From Heptranchias perlo (Eukaryota), in assembly GCF_035084215.1 (NCBI RefSeq), contig NC_090325.1, positions 117,738,001-117,802,000 on the forward strand: 64,000 nt of DNA, in the 5' to 3' direction. A program made the position numbers and the translations under genes. This document shows positions 13,436-26,309 of this stretch, piece by piece. Below the pieces are notes generated by a model, which worked only from the letters and a program-made list of their open reading frames with translations, did not search any database and was not told where the DNA came from. Position 1 is the first letter of the stretch; each line of letters begins with the position of its first letter.

Positions 13436-16400
13436 CCGATTGCTTCCTTTCAGAGAGCATACCATTATTGGATCCAGTACTCCAGGCAGTCTTGCTAGTG
13501 CTTGAATTTAATGCATTATATTAAATACTGTGATATTTTATTTGCTTTAATAGCTATAGCCCCTCATTTTAAATGTTTAGTCGGTCAGTTAACACACCTG
13601 GATCCATTTTCTCACTTAGCTTGCTCAACTGTATAAACTTCATTTTGTAATTCTTCTTATTGTTTTTAGTGCTGATATCTGCATTACCTTGCATTTCTCA
13701 ATATTAAATTCAATTTCAAAGTTATCTGCCCAGTTACAAAGTTTTTTTGAACCTGCTTTCACACAAAACTTGGTATAACTTTGATATTCTTAGTTCATTT
13801 AAATATTGTAAACAGCTGGGGTCCTCAGTGATTTCTGGGAAGTTGCACATGCCGCAGCTTTCCAATTAGAATGAATATCATTGATTACTACTCTGTTTCT
13901 GACTATTCAGCTAACTGCCTTTAGGGGAAGGACACCAGTGTGAAAAAGTTGTAAACTTGGGTATTTCATTTCTCTCAAACCAACTCTCTTCCTTCAATGT
14001 TTTAGACTGATCAAAGAAATCTTTTAAAGGAACCCTGACTCTGCCATTTTAAAGCTCATTGTACTTCCTGCATGATCTTAGCTCCTATTTAACTTGACGT
14101 GTGTTACAGGCATCTGCTTTGCAGCTGTTGAGTCTGGTTTACATTTTTGCCTAGACTAGCACTGGTTGTCTACATTTCTTTGACTACAAACTAAGCTGAA
14201 CCTAAAATTTTGTGAAAGCTTCATTTACTAACTAACTTGAAAGTGATTTTTGTAATGATTAGAGTGTCATGTGGGGTAGCAGAATCTAATATTAATAAAA
14301 TGTCCTCTTGTGTTTGTGAATGTAAGGCAAAATCCAGAGATAGGAGCAGGTGAAGGTTACTAAAACAAAAGGTCACAAGTCTTGATCCCTGGAAGTCTAA
14401 AGCTAGATTCCATTTATCTGTAAACCAAAAATAATGAAGAAAAAACAAGCTTAGCCTATGAAAATGAAAAAAGAAAATACTGGGAATACATGACCGTTGC
14501 ATCAGCATTTGAAAGAGAAAGATCAGTGTTTCAGGTGGGTCCCTTCATCAGAATTACAGATCAGATTGAGAGCTACATTTTATTGCATTAAAATAGTGTG
14601 AGATGAATATTGCTTTTTGTATTAGAGGGAAGTCATTTGAGAGGTTTGTTATTCAGTTGAAGTACAGCTCCCTTCGATCTAATGAATGGCACCTCAATAC
14701 ACAGACATCTATCTATTCATAAACATCATATTTTGCTAAGTATGTATAACATTTACACCCATTTAGCTCCAATGTGACCACAACAAAAACAGAACTGGTG
14801 TGGAACCTACCAGTGAACAAGTAGAGAGCAGGTACAAAAACTGTGAATGGAGAAACAGCAGTCAGCAAACTATTACCAATAAAATAGAGAAGGGAAATCA
14901 CTTAATTTTGAAAATAGTTTGTTGTCATCTTGTTTTGACAGCATCCTGAGCACATGGTACTAAATATAAGGTTTACAATTTAGCAAACATAAAAGTTATA
15001 TAATTCACTACAAATCATTAAACCTACTCAGAGGGTTGCTTTTTTTTTGTGTTTGAAATCTCTCCAACAACATTTCTGTCTGGAGGCCTGTTCCTTCATA
15101 AGATGCCTTCGATTTTAGTTTTTGGGATTTCCATAGCTATCACTATGACATCTGTCAACTACACAATGAATAACTTAACCGGATAACAGACTATAATTCC
15201 TAGAATGCATCAGTATCACTTTGTATGTATTCTATAAACCACAATTCCCAGAGGGCAGTTTAAAGGTGTCTCCCTTCTCGGTCAAATGAACACTGTCACT
15301 GCTGCATATCACATTTGGAAGTTAAAAAAATAATTGACAGTAAGTCTGACCATTCACAGAGCCAGGAATTTCTGTTAGCAAGCTTTTTCCTTTCCTCCCC
15401 CCCCCCCCCCCCCCCCACCTCAGGGAAATGAGAAAGGGCTGACAGCACTAAGGCCAAGTAAAAAGGAGCCTACCTGGTTATGTGCCTCAGGCCCCGGAGC
15501 AGCCCCTGCTCCTGTTCCCTATTCCAGTAACTGCTGTTGCCAGATAGTAGGAAATCAATCCTGCTCCATCCCTGCATCAGTTCAAGCTCTGTGTTCCACT
15601 CCATTCACAATCCAGCACTCAATTTGCCAGAATGTTCTGCTCCCAACTCCATGCTCCATTCACTATCCAACTGATCTACTCCAATCGCCGTGCTTCATTC
15701 CTCACCTGAATACTCCACTTGTTGACCCACGTCCCTGACTAATGATGGACAATACCACAGAAAATGTGCTAGTTTAAAAATACTGTAATTGCAGACATTG
15801 GGAATTTGAAAAAAAACAGGAAATACACAGCAGGTCAGTCAGCACTAGAAAAGATAGATTAACATTTGGAGCCTAGAGTTGGCAACTCTGTTTTGAAGCA
15901 TTCATGGAGGCTTGATCACATGATGTTCTGACCATGTGACACGTGATCATACGGCCTCTACAAATGCAGTTACCTTATAAAGGTTGGGACCCCTAGTAGT
16001 TGAGTATTTTTGCTCGTGATTTTGTGCTAGCAGCTGCTGTGCGAGAAGTTCAAAGAAGCAGGAGGCCACCCATGAGCAGGGGAAGAGGGGAAACTGAGGT
16101 CAGGGGAGGAGGGAAACTGAAACTGAGGGCAGGGTGGGGGGTACTGAAACTGAGGGTGGGGGGGTGGTCATTCGCAGAGGGTAAACCAGATGTGGGAGGA
16201 ATTTTGATTCCATCAATAACTAATAGTAATACTGGTAACACTCAGATTTCCCTCATAACCAACAGTAATACAATAACTTACTGATAGGCTATATGTAACT
16301 GGTAGTACTTGTAATGCCCCAATATCCTGCTAGGTAACTAGTAATAATCCTATAACTTGCTGATATTCACCCTGAAATCATAGCCAGAATCCCTCTGTAC

Positions 16401-16716
16401 TGCACAAGGTGTAGTCAGGCTCCCCAGTTGACAACACTTTTAATAGGCCCCATCTCTCTCCCTATCTCCTTGGACTTTAGTTCTATGTGAAGGTGACAAC
16501 TCTGAACTGGGAACCTCAGTCAGAGCTGATCTGTACTTGGACTTCACGTGTCAAAACCGGGCGACACAGACCGACCTGAACCAAACCAAGAGATTGCACA
16601 AAGGGCAGTGGGCTCAGTGTTTGTTCCCTGTGAGAAGTGCCCCATTGTCCTTAAACTGTGCTCAGCACCAACATTTCTAAACCACTCCGAGCTCAGACTC
16701 AATAAAGAAAAGTTTT

Positions 16717-16830
16717 CATAGAATTATAGAAATTACAACACTGGCGGAGGCAATTCGGCCCCTGGTGCTGGCGCTTTCTCCTGTAACCCCTTTCCCCCAG
16801 ATACTTATATATTTCTCCTTTTTAAATATT
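16717..16830 (-). mobile_element. Decayed CR1 3' end
   Basis: CATAGAATTATAGAAATTACAACA...TTCGGCCC resembles 9357-9400. Confidence 0.55.
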
Positions 16831-17159
16831 TATCCCCATCCTTTTTATGTTGAGTTTTCGTCTCCGCCACATGTGGCTATTGAGGTAAACTATGCCATGG
16901 TTTAATAGCCCTAAATTCAAGAACTTACTTCCTCCCTTCCCCCCGGTTCTTCCAATAAGACTCATTGGGTTCCATTCCCTAGTTCCTCATTCGCCCATCA
17001 ATGGAAACAATCTTTCACTGTTTACCCACAGTCACGCCCCAGGTTTCACTTACCTCTTTTTACTGGCAGCTCCTCTCTGCGCCACTCCCATGCACCACGT
17101 TGCTGCTTCTGTTGCTCCCAGCTCTGCAGGAAACGCTGCCCCCTTGCTTACCCCCACTC

Positions 17160-17425
17160 TATTCTCCCCTCCTGCTTGAGCCCCCATCTCCCCTCCTGCT
17201 TGAGCCCCCATCTCCCAAGTCCCCATCTCCCAAGTCCCCATCTCCCAGTCCCGTCCTCTCCCCCGACCACTCATCCCAGTCTCCCAAGCCTCCATTTCCC
17301 AGTCCCGTCCTCTCCCCGGCCCTCCCATCCCTGTCTCCATCCCCCAGTTTCCCTGAGCGCCCTTCCCTCTCCGAGTGCCTTCCCTCCCCGTCTCCCTGAG
17401 CCCCCATTCCCCAGTCTCCACCTCC
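17160..17425. repeat. C-rich degenerate minisatellite (G-rich on the minus strand)
   Basis: Contains a 24-mer TCTCCCCTCCTGCTTGAGCCCCCA x2, a 15-mer TCTCCCAAGTCCCCA x2 and repeated CCCAGTCCCGTCCTCTCCCC. Confidence 0.8.
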
Positions 17426-17659
17426 ACACCAATAGAGAGGAAAGGTGACCTATTTTAAAGCCTCTCTTGAGCTGGTAATTAGAAATACAATAGAAAGCGA
17501 TAATAATTGGATTTCAAATGCTCCTAAGCTATAATATTGAAGTATGGGGAAACTCTGAATAGTCCATAATAAGAATTAGAAGAAGCACTTGATGACTGCA
17601 AAACCCTCCTTCCTCTGAAGCCTCAGTTACCCCAGTTGCCTGAACATTTAATTCTCAGA

Positions 17660-18000
17660 TGAGAAGACGCAATTCCCGAATCTCCCTCCCACCTCGCCTC
17701 GAACCCCTCCCGCCCGAGTCTCTCTTTCTGCCCCCTAATTCCAAACTCTTCAGCTCCCTCTCGACTGTTCCTGTTCCCGGCACACCAGCTGGTCGCGGCT
17801 CCCTGCGATGGTGGTCAGGTGACGTCACCGAGCCGGAGGCTCGTCTGAGCAGCAGCCAGTGACATCGCGCAGCGGGGGGTGGCACTGCGGTGGGAAATTT
17901 AAATCGCTGATCTCCCGGGCTGCTGCAGGCAGCGTTCGGGGGAGGAATCCCCAATTCTGAGAAATCCCTGCCGAAAGCGGGAGGGTTCGCAACCCTAGCG
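17660..18000. promoter_or_regulatory. CpG-rich island-like segment with a full CRE palindrome; candidate promoter or enhancer
   Basis: Dense CpGs in an otherwise CpG-poor background. GGTGACGTCACC at 17818-17829 contains the consensus CRE TGACGTCA, ~6.7 kb upstream of the WDFY3 ATG exon. Function is inferred. Confidence 0.4.
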
Positions 18001-19390
18001 TAGACTGGTGTTTATTTTGTTACACTGCTTGTAGTACAGTTTTCCCGATTTGCTCCATAATGAAAGCAAATGCTCCATGGTACCTTGTATCCCTTTCCTC
18101 CTATTGTAAAATACACGGAGATGTATGTCTTCCTGAAAGTACGGAGCGCCAAATAGTTGCAATTAGTTGAGACATCTGTCTTCGACAACTTTTTGAACAA
18201 AGTATGTGGGAAAGTAATTTTACCTAAAACGAAAAGAAATGGCCTTCAAGCCAGCCTTAACTGAAATCAACATATCATTTACCTTGGCTGTGGTTAAAAG
18301 CATTTGTGGTGTATTTGAATTTTTTTTCGTGGTTGTGGTTGTGCATGTGGGCCGTGACTGTTCTTCAGCCCTGACAGCCACAAGAGCACCCTCTGCTGTG
18401 TCAATGGGATGTTTGTTTTTTCCACCATCCACTGTTGGGTACTTAAGCCTGTGAAATCCTTCACTTTGTGTCCAGTAGAACATGGATTTGTGGTCACCCA
18501 TCAGACTGTGCTTTGTTAGTACCCCATGATACAGAAGTGAGGGGAAGGTGTTGAGACTAACTGTGATACCAAGCCCAGCTGCTGAGATGCTCTTTTATTG
18601 CCCAAGTCACTTTAGGATTTATTTCAAACTGCAGAGCCAAAAGCTAATTCTGTTGGGTTGGTGGATGGGGGAAACAAAAACTCTTTGGGATGTATAAAAT
18701 AAATCCCTTTCTGAAAGTGAACTGGTTTAGGTCTGGTTATATATTTCCTCAAGATTTTGAAATTGTTCTGGTGTGGTGACATTCTTTGTCAAGCTACAGT
18801 ATACACTGGTACAATTTTTTTTAAAAAGCTTTTTAAGCACTGTTCATACTGTTTGAGCATCTTAGAAATGTTAGTTCAGGTGCTGTTTGATTTTTAAGGT
18901 GATCTGCCAGTTAATACAGTAGATCAAAAAGCAAATTTGAGTTTTTTTTCCTTTTATGAATTTTTTTTGTATTCAGTTAGGTGAAACTGAGAGTGCTAGG
19001 GAATGGGGAACTTCCCATTTCAGGCACCAAGTGAAAGCATTAAGCACTCCCAGGTCAATTATAGCATGGTCAGATACAGAGTGAAGCTCCTTCTACTCTG
19101 CAGGAGCAATGTGCCTCAGCTCCAATTTCAGAAGTTTACCCCCCCCCCCCCCCCCCCGGCTGCACTTGGGAGACAGTTTCCGTTTCCATTTCCCTTGCCA
19201 GCGATCATGTGCTCTGTCATGGGTGAGATGGTCAATTTTGAGATATATCCACTAGGAACTGGACTGAACCTGGGCAAACTCATTTCACATACAATCAGCT
19301 GACACAGGAAAAGTTAATCTCATCAGTCTGCCAGAGATGAAAAACCAGTGTCTAACACAGTGTGCCACCTAATAGTCTCTCTCACTACAT

Positions 19391-19465
19391 AGTGGTTATG
19401 TTACTGGACTAGTAATCCAGAGGCCTGGACTAAAAATCCAGGGTCATGAGTTCAAATCCCGCCAC
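19391..19465 (+). promoter_or_regulatory. tRNA-derived internal Pol III promoter (partial A box and B box)
   Basis: AGTGGTTA (19391) resembles the 3' half of an A box/D-loop. GAGTTCAAATCCC (19448-19460) fits the B box consensus GWTCRANNC. Confidence 0.7.
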
Positions 19466-22400
19466 GGCAGCTGGGAAATTTAAATTCAATTAATTAAATA
19501 AAATCTGGAATTAAAATACTAGTATCAGTAATGGCCATGAAACTACCAGATTGTCGTAAAAACCCATCTGGTTCACTAATGCCCTTTAGGGAAGGAAACC
19601 TGCCGTCCTTACCCGGTCTGGCCTATATGTGACTCCAGACCCACAGCAATGTGGTTGATTTTTAATTGCCCTCTGAAATGGCCTAGCAAGCCACTCAGTT
19701 GTAAAATCTCGCTTAAAAAAAAAAGTCATAATAGGAATAAAATCAGACGGACCACTCGGCATCGGAACACGGCACCAGACACGACAAAGGCAAACCAAGC
19801 CCAGTCGACCCTGCAAAGTCCTTCTCACTAACATCTGGGGACTTGTGCCAAAATTGGGAGAGCTGTCCCACAGACCAGTCAAGCAACAGCCTGACATAGC
19901 CATACTCACAGAATCATACCTTTCAGCCAACGTCCCAGACTCTTCCATCACCATCCCTGGGTATGTCCTGTCCCACTGGCAGGACAGACCGACCAGTGGT
20001 GGCGGTACAGTGATATACAGTCAGGAGGGAGTGGCCCTGGGAGTCCTCAACATTGACTCTGGACCCCATGAAATCTCATGGCATCAGGTCAAACATGGGC
20101 AAGGCAACCTCCTGCTAATTACCATTTACTGCCCTCCCTCAGTTGATGAATCAGTCCTCCTCCATGTTGAACACCACTTGGAGGAAGCACTGAGGGTAGC
20201 AAGGGCACAGAACGTACTCTGGGTGGGGGACTTCAATGTCCATCACCAAGAGTGGCTCGGTAGCACCACTACTGACTGAGCTGGCCGAGTCCTGAAGGAC
20301 ATAGCTGCCAGTCTGGGCCTGAGGCAGGTGGTGAGCGAACCAACACAAGGGAAAAACTTACTTGCCCTCGTCCTCACCAATCTACCTGTCGCAAATGCAT
20401 CTGTCCATGACAGCATTGGTAGGAGTGACCACCGCACAGTCCTCGTGGAGACGAAGTCCTGTCTTCGCACTGAGGACACCATCCAACGTGTTGTGTGGCA
20501 CTACCACCGTGCTAAATGGGATAGATTCAGAACAGATCTAGCAGCTCAAAACTGGGCATCCATGAGGCGCTGTGGGCCATCAGGAGCAGCAGAATTGTAT
20601 TCCAGCACAATCTGTAACCTCATGGCCCGGCATATTCCTCACTCTACCATTACCAACAAGCCAGGGATCAACTCTGGTTCAATGAGGAATGTGGAAGAGC
20701 ATGCCAGGAGCAGCACCAGGCATACCTAAAAATGAGGTGCCAACCTGGTGAAGTTACAACTCAGGACTACATGCAGGTGGAAGCAACATGCTATAGACAG
20801 CGCTAAGCGATTCCACAACCAACGGAACAGATCAAAGCTCTGCAGTCCTGCCACATCCAGTCGTGAATGGTGGTGGACAATTAAACAAGTAACAGGAGGG
20901 TCTGTAAACATCCCCATCCTCAATAATGGCGGAGTCCAGCACGTGAGTGCAAAAGACAAGGCTGAAGCATTTGCAACCTTCAGCCAGAAGTGCCGAGTGG
21001 ATGATCCATCTCGGCCTCCTCCCGATATCACCACCATCACAGAAGCCAGTCTTCAGCCAATTCAATTCACTCCATATGATATCAAGAAACTGCTGAGTGC
21101 ATTGGATACAGCAAAGGCTATGGGCCCCGACAACTTCCCGGCTATAGTGCTGAAGACTTGTGCTCCAGAACTAGCTGCGCCTCTAGCCAAGCTGTTCCAG
21201 TACAGCTACGACACTGGCATCTACCCGACAATGTGGAAAATTGCTCAGGTATGTCCTGTCCACAGAAAGCAGGACAAATCCAATCCAGCCAATTACCGCC
21301 CCATCAGTCTACTCTCAATCATCAGCAAAGTGATGGAAGGTGTCGTCGACAGTGCTATCAAGCGGCACTTACTCACCAATAACCTGACCCCCGATGCTCA
21401 GTTTGGGTTCCGCCGGGACCACTTGGCTCCAGACCTCATTACAGTCTTGGTCCAAACATGGACAAAAGAGCTGAATTCCAGAGGTGTGGTGAGAGTGACT
21501 GCCCTTGACATCAAGGCAGCATTTGACCGAGTGTGGCACCAAGGAGCCCTAGTAAAATTGAAGTCAATGGGAATCAGGGGAATAACACTCCAGTGGCTGG
21601 AGTCGTACCTAGCACAAAGGAAGATTGTAGTGGTTGTTGGAGGTTAATCATCTCAGCTCCAGGGCATTGCTGCAGGAGTTCCTCAGGGCAGTGTCCTAGG
21701 CCCAACCATCTTCAGCTGCTTCATCAATGACCTTCCTTCCAACATAAGGTCAGAAATGGGGATGTTTGCTGATGATTGCACAGTGTTCCGTTCCATTCGC
21801 AACCCCTCAAATAATGAAGCAGTCCGAGCCCGCATGCAACAAGACCTGGACAACATCCAGGCTTGGGCTGATAAGTGGCAAGTAACATTCACGCCAGACA
21901 AGTGCCAGGCAATGACCATCTCCAACAAGAGTGTCTAACCACCTCCCCTTGATATTCAATGGCATTACCATCGCCGAATCCCCCACCATCAACATCCTGG
22001 GGGCCGCCATTGACCAGAAACTTAACTGGACCAGCCATATAAATACTGTGGCTACAAGAGTAGTTCAGAGGCTGTGTATTCTGCGGCGAGTGACTCACCT
22101 CCTGACTCCCCAAAACCTTTCCACCATCTACAAGTCACAAGTCAGGAGTATGATTGAATACTCTGCACTTGCTTGACAACACTCAAGAAACTCGACAACA
22201 TCCAGGACAAAGCATCCCGCTTGATTGGCACCCCATCCACCACCCTAAACATTCACTCCCTTCACCACCGGCGCACAGTGGCTGCAGTGTGTACCATCCA
22301 CAGGATGCACTGCAGCAACTCACCAATGCTTCTTCGCCAGCACCTCCCAAACCCGCGACCTCTACCGCCTGGAAGGCCAAGAGCAGCAGGCACATGGGAA

Positions 22401-22652
22401 CAACACCACCTGCACGTTCCCCTCCAAGTCTCACACCATCCCGACTTGGAAATATATCGCCGTTCCTTCATCATTGCTGGGTCAAAATCCTGGAACTCCC
22501 CTCCTAACAGCACTGTTGGAGAACCTTCACCACACGGACTGCAGCAGTTCAAGAAGGCGGCTCATCACCACCTTCTCAAGGGCAATTAGGGATGGGCAAT
22601 AAATGCCGGCCTCGCCAGGGATGCCCACATCCCATCAACGAATTTTTTTTTT
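19391..22652 (+). mobile_element. Near full-length non-LTR retrotransposon (CR1/L2-group APE + RT) with tRNA-like 5' head and no ORF1; decayed by stops and frameshifts
   Basis: APE motifs LTNIWGL, PDIAILTES, VGDFN and SDH (19815-20440). RT motifs [29 protein letters not shown] and MFADD. A 3' hairpin GGGATGGGCA...TGCCCACATCCC is followed by a T run. Confidence 0.9.
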
Positions 22653-23375
22653 AAATTGGCTCACCATCATCTTCGAAGCCTGTTCTGGATGAACTCTTAA
22701 ATCTTCTCTCCAGTTCTTAGGTATCATGGCATGTTTGAAAACTTCTTGCTCATTCCAGATTTTTCCAGAGTTTGATTTTTGAAAAGTTAATTGCAATTTT
22801 CCCAATTGCGATTGAAAAGCTATGGTATTACATCTATTTTAAAAATGAACATACCAACTCTAACCATTTTTAGCACCAAATCCTCACACCAGTTTATTAA
22901 ATTGACGTTGGCTTAATAACTACAGTCCTTTTACTTGAGAAGATGCTTTGTTGGTGTTTAAAAAGAAATGATCATTGTTTTTTGCAGAATTGTTAAATTT
23001 TAATTTCCTTTCCTAAAATAAAAGTTGCAAGTTGCAAAGCAACGGAGCAAAGTGTATAAGAAAGAAGATCTGCTACGAGCACTTTTACAAACTTAATGTT
23101 GCTTTAAAAAGGATCATAAAACACTGCATAAAATTAAATTTGGTTTTTAAATACAGATTATTTAGTTCCATCTCTGAAAGTTATATCATCTTTGTAATTA
23201 ATTCTATGTAATTCTATGAAAGCTTCGTGATCAAAAATGTAATGGTTAGTTATTTAGACTACCTAAATTAGACACGTGCATTTTTAAAATTTTGTTTTTA
23301 TTATATCACACATTTTAAGTTATGAATTGTTGCTTTTTTCAGTTTCCATTGACTTACTTTCTGTTCTCATTCCAG

Positions 23376-23439
23376 AAAATACAACATTTTTTCATAAGTA
23401 AAGACAGTGGACAACAATCAGGAGGAAGAAGGGAAATTG
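23376..23439 (+). other. Candidate non-coding 5'UTR exon of WDFY3
   Basis: Strong acceptor TTGAC-TTACTTTCTGTTCTCATTCCAG| ending at 23375, with possible donors GTAAAG (23398) or GTGAGG (23440). Splice signals are the only support. Confidence 0.25.
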
Positions 23440-24701
23440 GTGAGGGTTAGGGTGGGAAAGCTGAAGAGAAGGGTTTTGTGGAGGATTTTGAATTCAATGA
23501 GGGAGGTAATGAGGTTGAGGGATTTAGAGAGAGGTCGGTTAGAAGAACATTAGAGAAATCGAACCTTAAGGTGCTAAAAGATAAGGGCTATGTTTTGACG
23601 AGCATTTGGGGAAATATAAGGGTGGAGGTGAAGGAAAGTATTCTTCACAACTGATAGCATATAAGATAGGAAGCTCAGCTTGAAGTTTTGCAATATGCCA
23701 TGGTTTTGCACCCCCTAACTTAAATGAGGTGGCAGCTAGGAAGATTTATAAGAGTGAAGTCCAGAGGCTTCTCTTCACAAAACCAGCTATAGTTCATTCC
23801 ATTGTAATTAAATGAAGTTGGCAGATTTGCTGCAGTGTCCTGTTGAGTAACATATTTTAAATTGATTATTTTGATTGCACTTTGTGTGGTGTGGGTGGGG
23901 AGGGGGGGGTCTCGTGAATGTGTTGCAAGGTAATTTTTAAAATTAGAACAACTTAAAACTTGAATTTTTGATTAAGCTTTCTCAAACTTCTGGTGTCTTC
24001 ACAGCTGTATACATGCAAGTTGTAAAAACGAATATAGTAAAACTGTGAAAATGTTGTGCATTTTCTTACCCAAGCCAATCTCAAATCTATGAAGTATTCA
24101 TACTTCTTAAATAGGTAGAAATGTACAGTTGAGTTCCTCTTGGGCTGGGGAAGTCCCTTTTTATTTAATATTTTGAAATGAGCTATGTTTATTTGGTGCC
24201 ATGTGATGAAAAAACCTCCAAGGAAATGTCATAACGAACTGCATACACCCAACTAAAATGTCCTATAACCTTGAATCAAAATGTTTCTAGACACATTTTC
24301 TACCACCTGCCCCTACCCTTTTGCAATCCAATACTCAGGCCTTAATGATCCTTGGAATGTATTGATCCTGAAGTGATTATTTTGACCCTCCTAAGAATGC
24401 TGTAACATTCTTGCACCAAAATGAAAAATGCAATCAGTTGTGTTTTATTATTTAAATAATGCTGTAAATTCAGAAACCACCTGAAATCCCTTTAAAGAAA
24501 AATCGACATCAGAAATTTCTGAAAATAATTATGTAGAGGTTTTGTGAGGGAAAACCGAAGGTGAAATCTTTAAGTATTCTGTGGATAAACTGAATTTATT
24601 ATGTAAGTAGAGTTATATGTAAAAATGTCTGACCTCAATTAGCTGCGTTAACGTTAAAACTATTCAACAGGATTGGCCGTGTTTTCAGGAAGTGGGGAAA
24701 A

Positions 24702-24881
24702 ATGAACATGGTGAAGAGGATCATGGGTCGTCCACGGCAGGAGGAATGTAGTCCTCAGGATAATGCACTTGGCCTTATGCACTTGCGTCGCCTCTTCATG
24801 GAACTTTGTCATTCACCACGGCACATGACGCAGAAGGAACAGGAGGAAAAGCTCTACATGATGCTGCCAGTTTTCAACAGG
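24702..24881 (+). CDS. WDFY3: WD repeat and FYVE domain-containing protein 3 (ALFY), first coding exon (exon begins at 24671 with 31 nt of 5'UTR)
   Basis: MNMVKRIMGRPRQEECSPQDNALGLMHLRRLFMELCHSPRHMTQKEQEEKLYMMLPVFNR is the recognisable WDFY3 N-terminus. Acceptor CAACAG| at 24670, donor AGG|GTGAGT at 24881/24882, phase 0. Confidence 0.95.
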
Positions 24882-25529
24882 GTGAGTACAGGCATCCAGG
24901 TAGCACTGGTGGAGGAAGGTCTGTCAGATAAGAAAGCATTGATCTTTAGGCAAGGACAATTTTGTTGTCACCAATTATAACCTAGGACAGAAATGAAAGA
25001 AAGACGAATAGCAATGGAAGCTAATTTTATATTGTTGACTGTTTATACCCACGGAAGTAATGAGTTCCTCCAGTCTTGAGTTTGATTTTCTTAGGCATGC
25101 CTATACACTATTAAAATAGCTGTAATCTATCAGTTTGTTTCGGTGCAGTGTGGGATGAGAAGTCGCATGTTTCTATGCACAGGGTGTGTTGAGGTTAGGG
25201 TTGCGTTTAGGGTTATTTATCCTTCCTAGGCAGTACTAGTTTGGTTAACATTACTGTAGGGAGTACTATTCTAATGTTGATGAGGACTGCCTCACAAATG
25301 GATTGCATTTGTAAATGAAGCTGAATTGAGTTAGTACTCTCTTGTGTACTATCTGTTTCGTTTTCTGTTTCCTATAATACCAGATGGAAGTGAGATTTGT
25401 AACAACAGTATTTGTACATCACAATTTATTTTTTTGGATGTCAAAGGCCTTTTGGTATGTTGCATGTTTTGTAGATTTTTCTTTTATTGTAGAATTTTGC
25501 TGTTCAAAGTCTTGAGATATCAAGAATAA

Positions 25530-26225
25530 AAAGAAAGAACTTGCATTTATATAGTGTGTTTCATGTTTTCAGGATATCCAAAAGCACTTCCAGCCAATTA
25601 ATTACTTTTGAAATGTTGCCTCTGTTATGTAAGCTAATGCGGCAGTCAATTTGTGTACAGCAAGGTCCCATAAACAGCAATAAGATGAATGACCAGTTAA
25701 TCCATTTTTTTAATGTTTCTTGAGGGATAAATGTTGGCTCGGACACAAGAAAGGGATTTCTCTTTGAATAGTGCTATGGGATCTTTTATGTCCACTAGAG
25801 AGGGTAGACATGACCTTGATTTAACCTCTCATTGAAAGGACAGCATCTTTGACAATGCAGTACCCCTTGGTACCGTACTGAAGTGTTAGCCTAGATTAAA
25901 GGCGACATGAGGAAAAACTTTTTTACGCAGCGAGTAGTTATGATCTGGAATGCACTGCCTGAAAAGATAGTGGAAGCAGATTCAATCGTGGCTTTCAAAA
26001 AGGCATTGGATAAATACTTTAAGGTAAAAAATTTATGGGGAAAGAGCGAGGGAATGGAACTAACTGGATTGCATTTACAAAGAGCTGGCACGGGCTCGAT
26101 GGGGCCGAGTGGCCGCCTCCTGTGCTGTAACCATTCTATGATTATGTTATCAAGTTCTGGAGCAGTCCTTGAATCCATGATTTTTGTCTGAGGTGAGGGT
26201 GCTACCATTGAACCAAGGCTGACAT
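25530..26225 (-). mobile_element. tRNA-derived SINE of DeuSINE type (SacSINE1-like) split by a CR1 fragment
   Basis: The minus strand has a tRNA-like head at 26143-26225, a central AAAAGATCCCATAGCACTATTC domain resembling the Deu domain, and an L2-like tail (AAGAACTTGCATTTATATAG on +). Confidence 0.65.
25898..26142 (+). mobile_element. CR1 3' fragment inserted in the SINE
   Basis: Encodes MRKNFFTQRVVMIWNALP; GATTA is present at both junctions. Confidence 0.85.
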
Positions 26226-26309
26226 ACAAATGAAAAACATCTTTAATTTGATCATCAAAACAGTTAGATATGAGAGGGGACTCTTGCCGATATCTTTCAG
26301 ATGTAATCT

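Noticed and set aside
15874-16439. hAT-like termini (TAGAGTTGGCAAC ... GTTGACAACACT) as one element
   Set aside because: No matching 8-bp TSD and the pairing of ends is ambiguous.
16892-17448. Pro/Ser-rich and Gly-rich ORFs
   Set aside because: They are translations of the C-rich minisatellite in several frames, with no splice or homology support.
19391-19465. Functional tRNA gene
   Set aside because: The 5' acceptor stem is missing, no full cloverleaf can be drawn, and it is fused to a retroelement.
24882-24980. Extension of the WDFY3 ORF to 24980 (and of 53101-53337 beyond the exon)
   Set aside because: Read-through past canonical GT donors or before the acceptor; the sequence is intronic.
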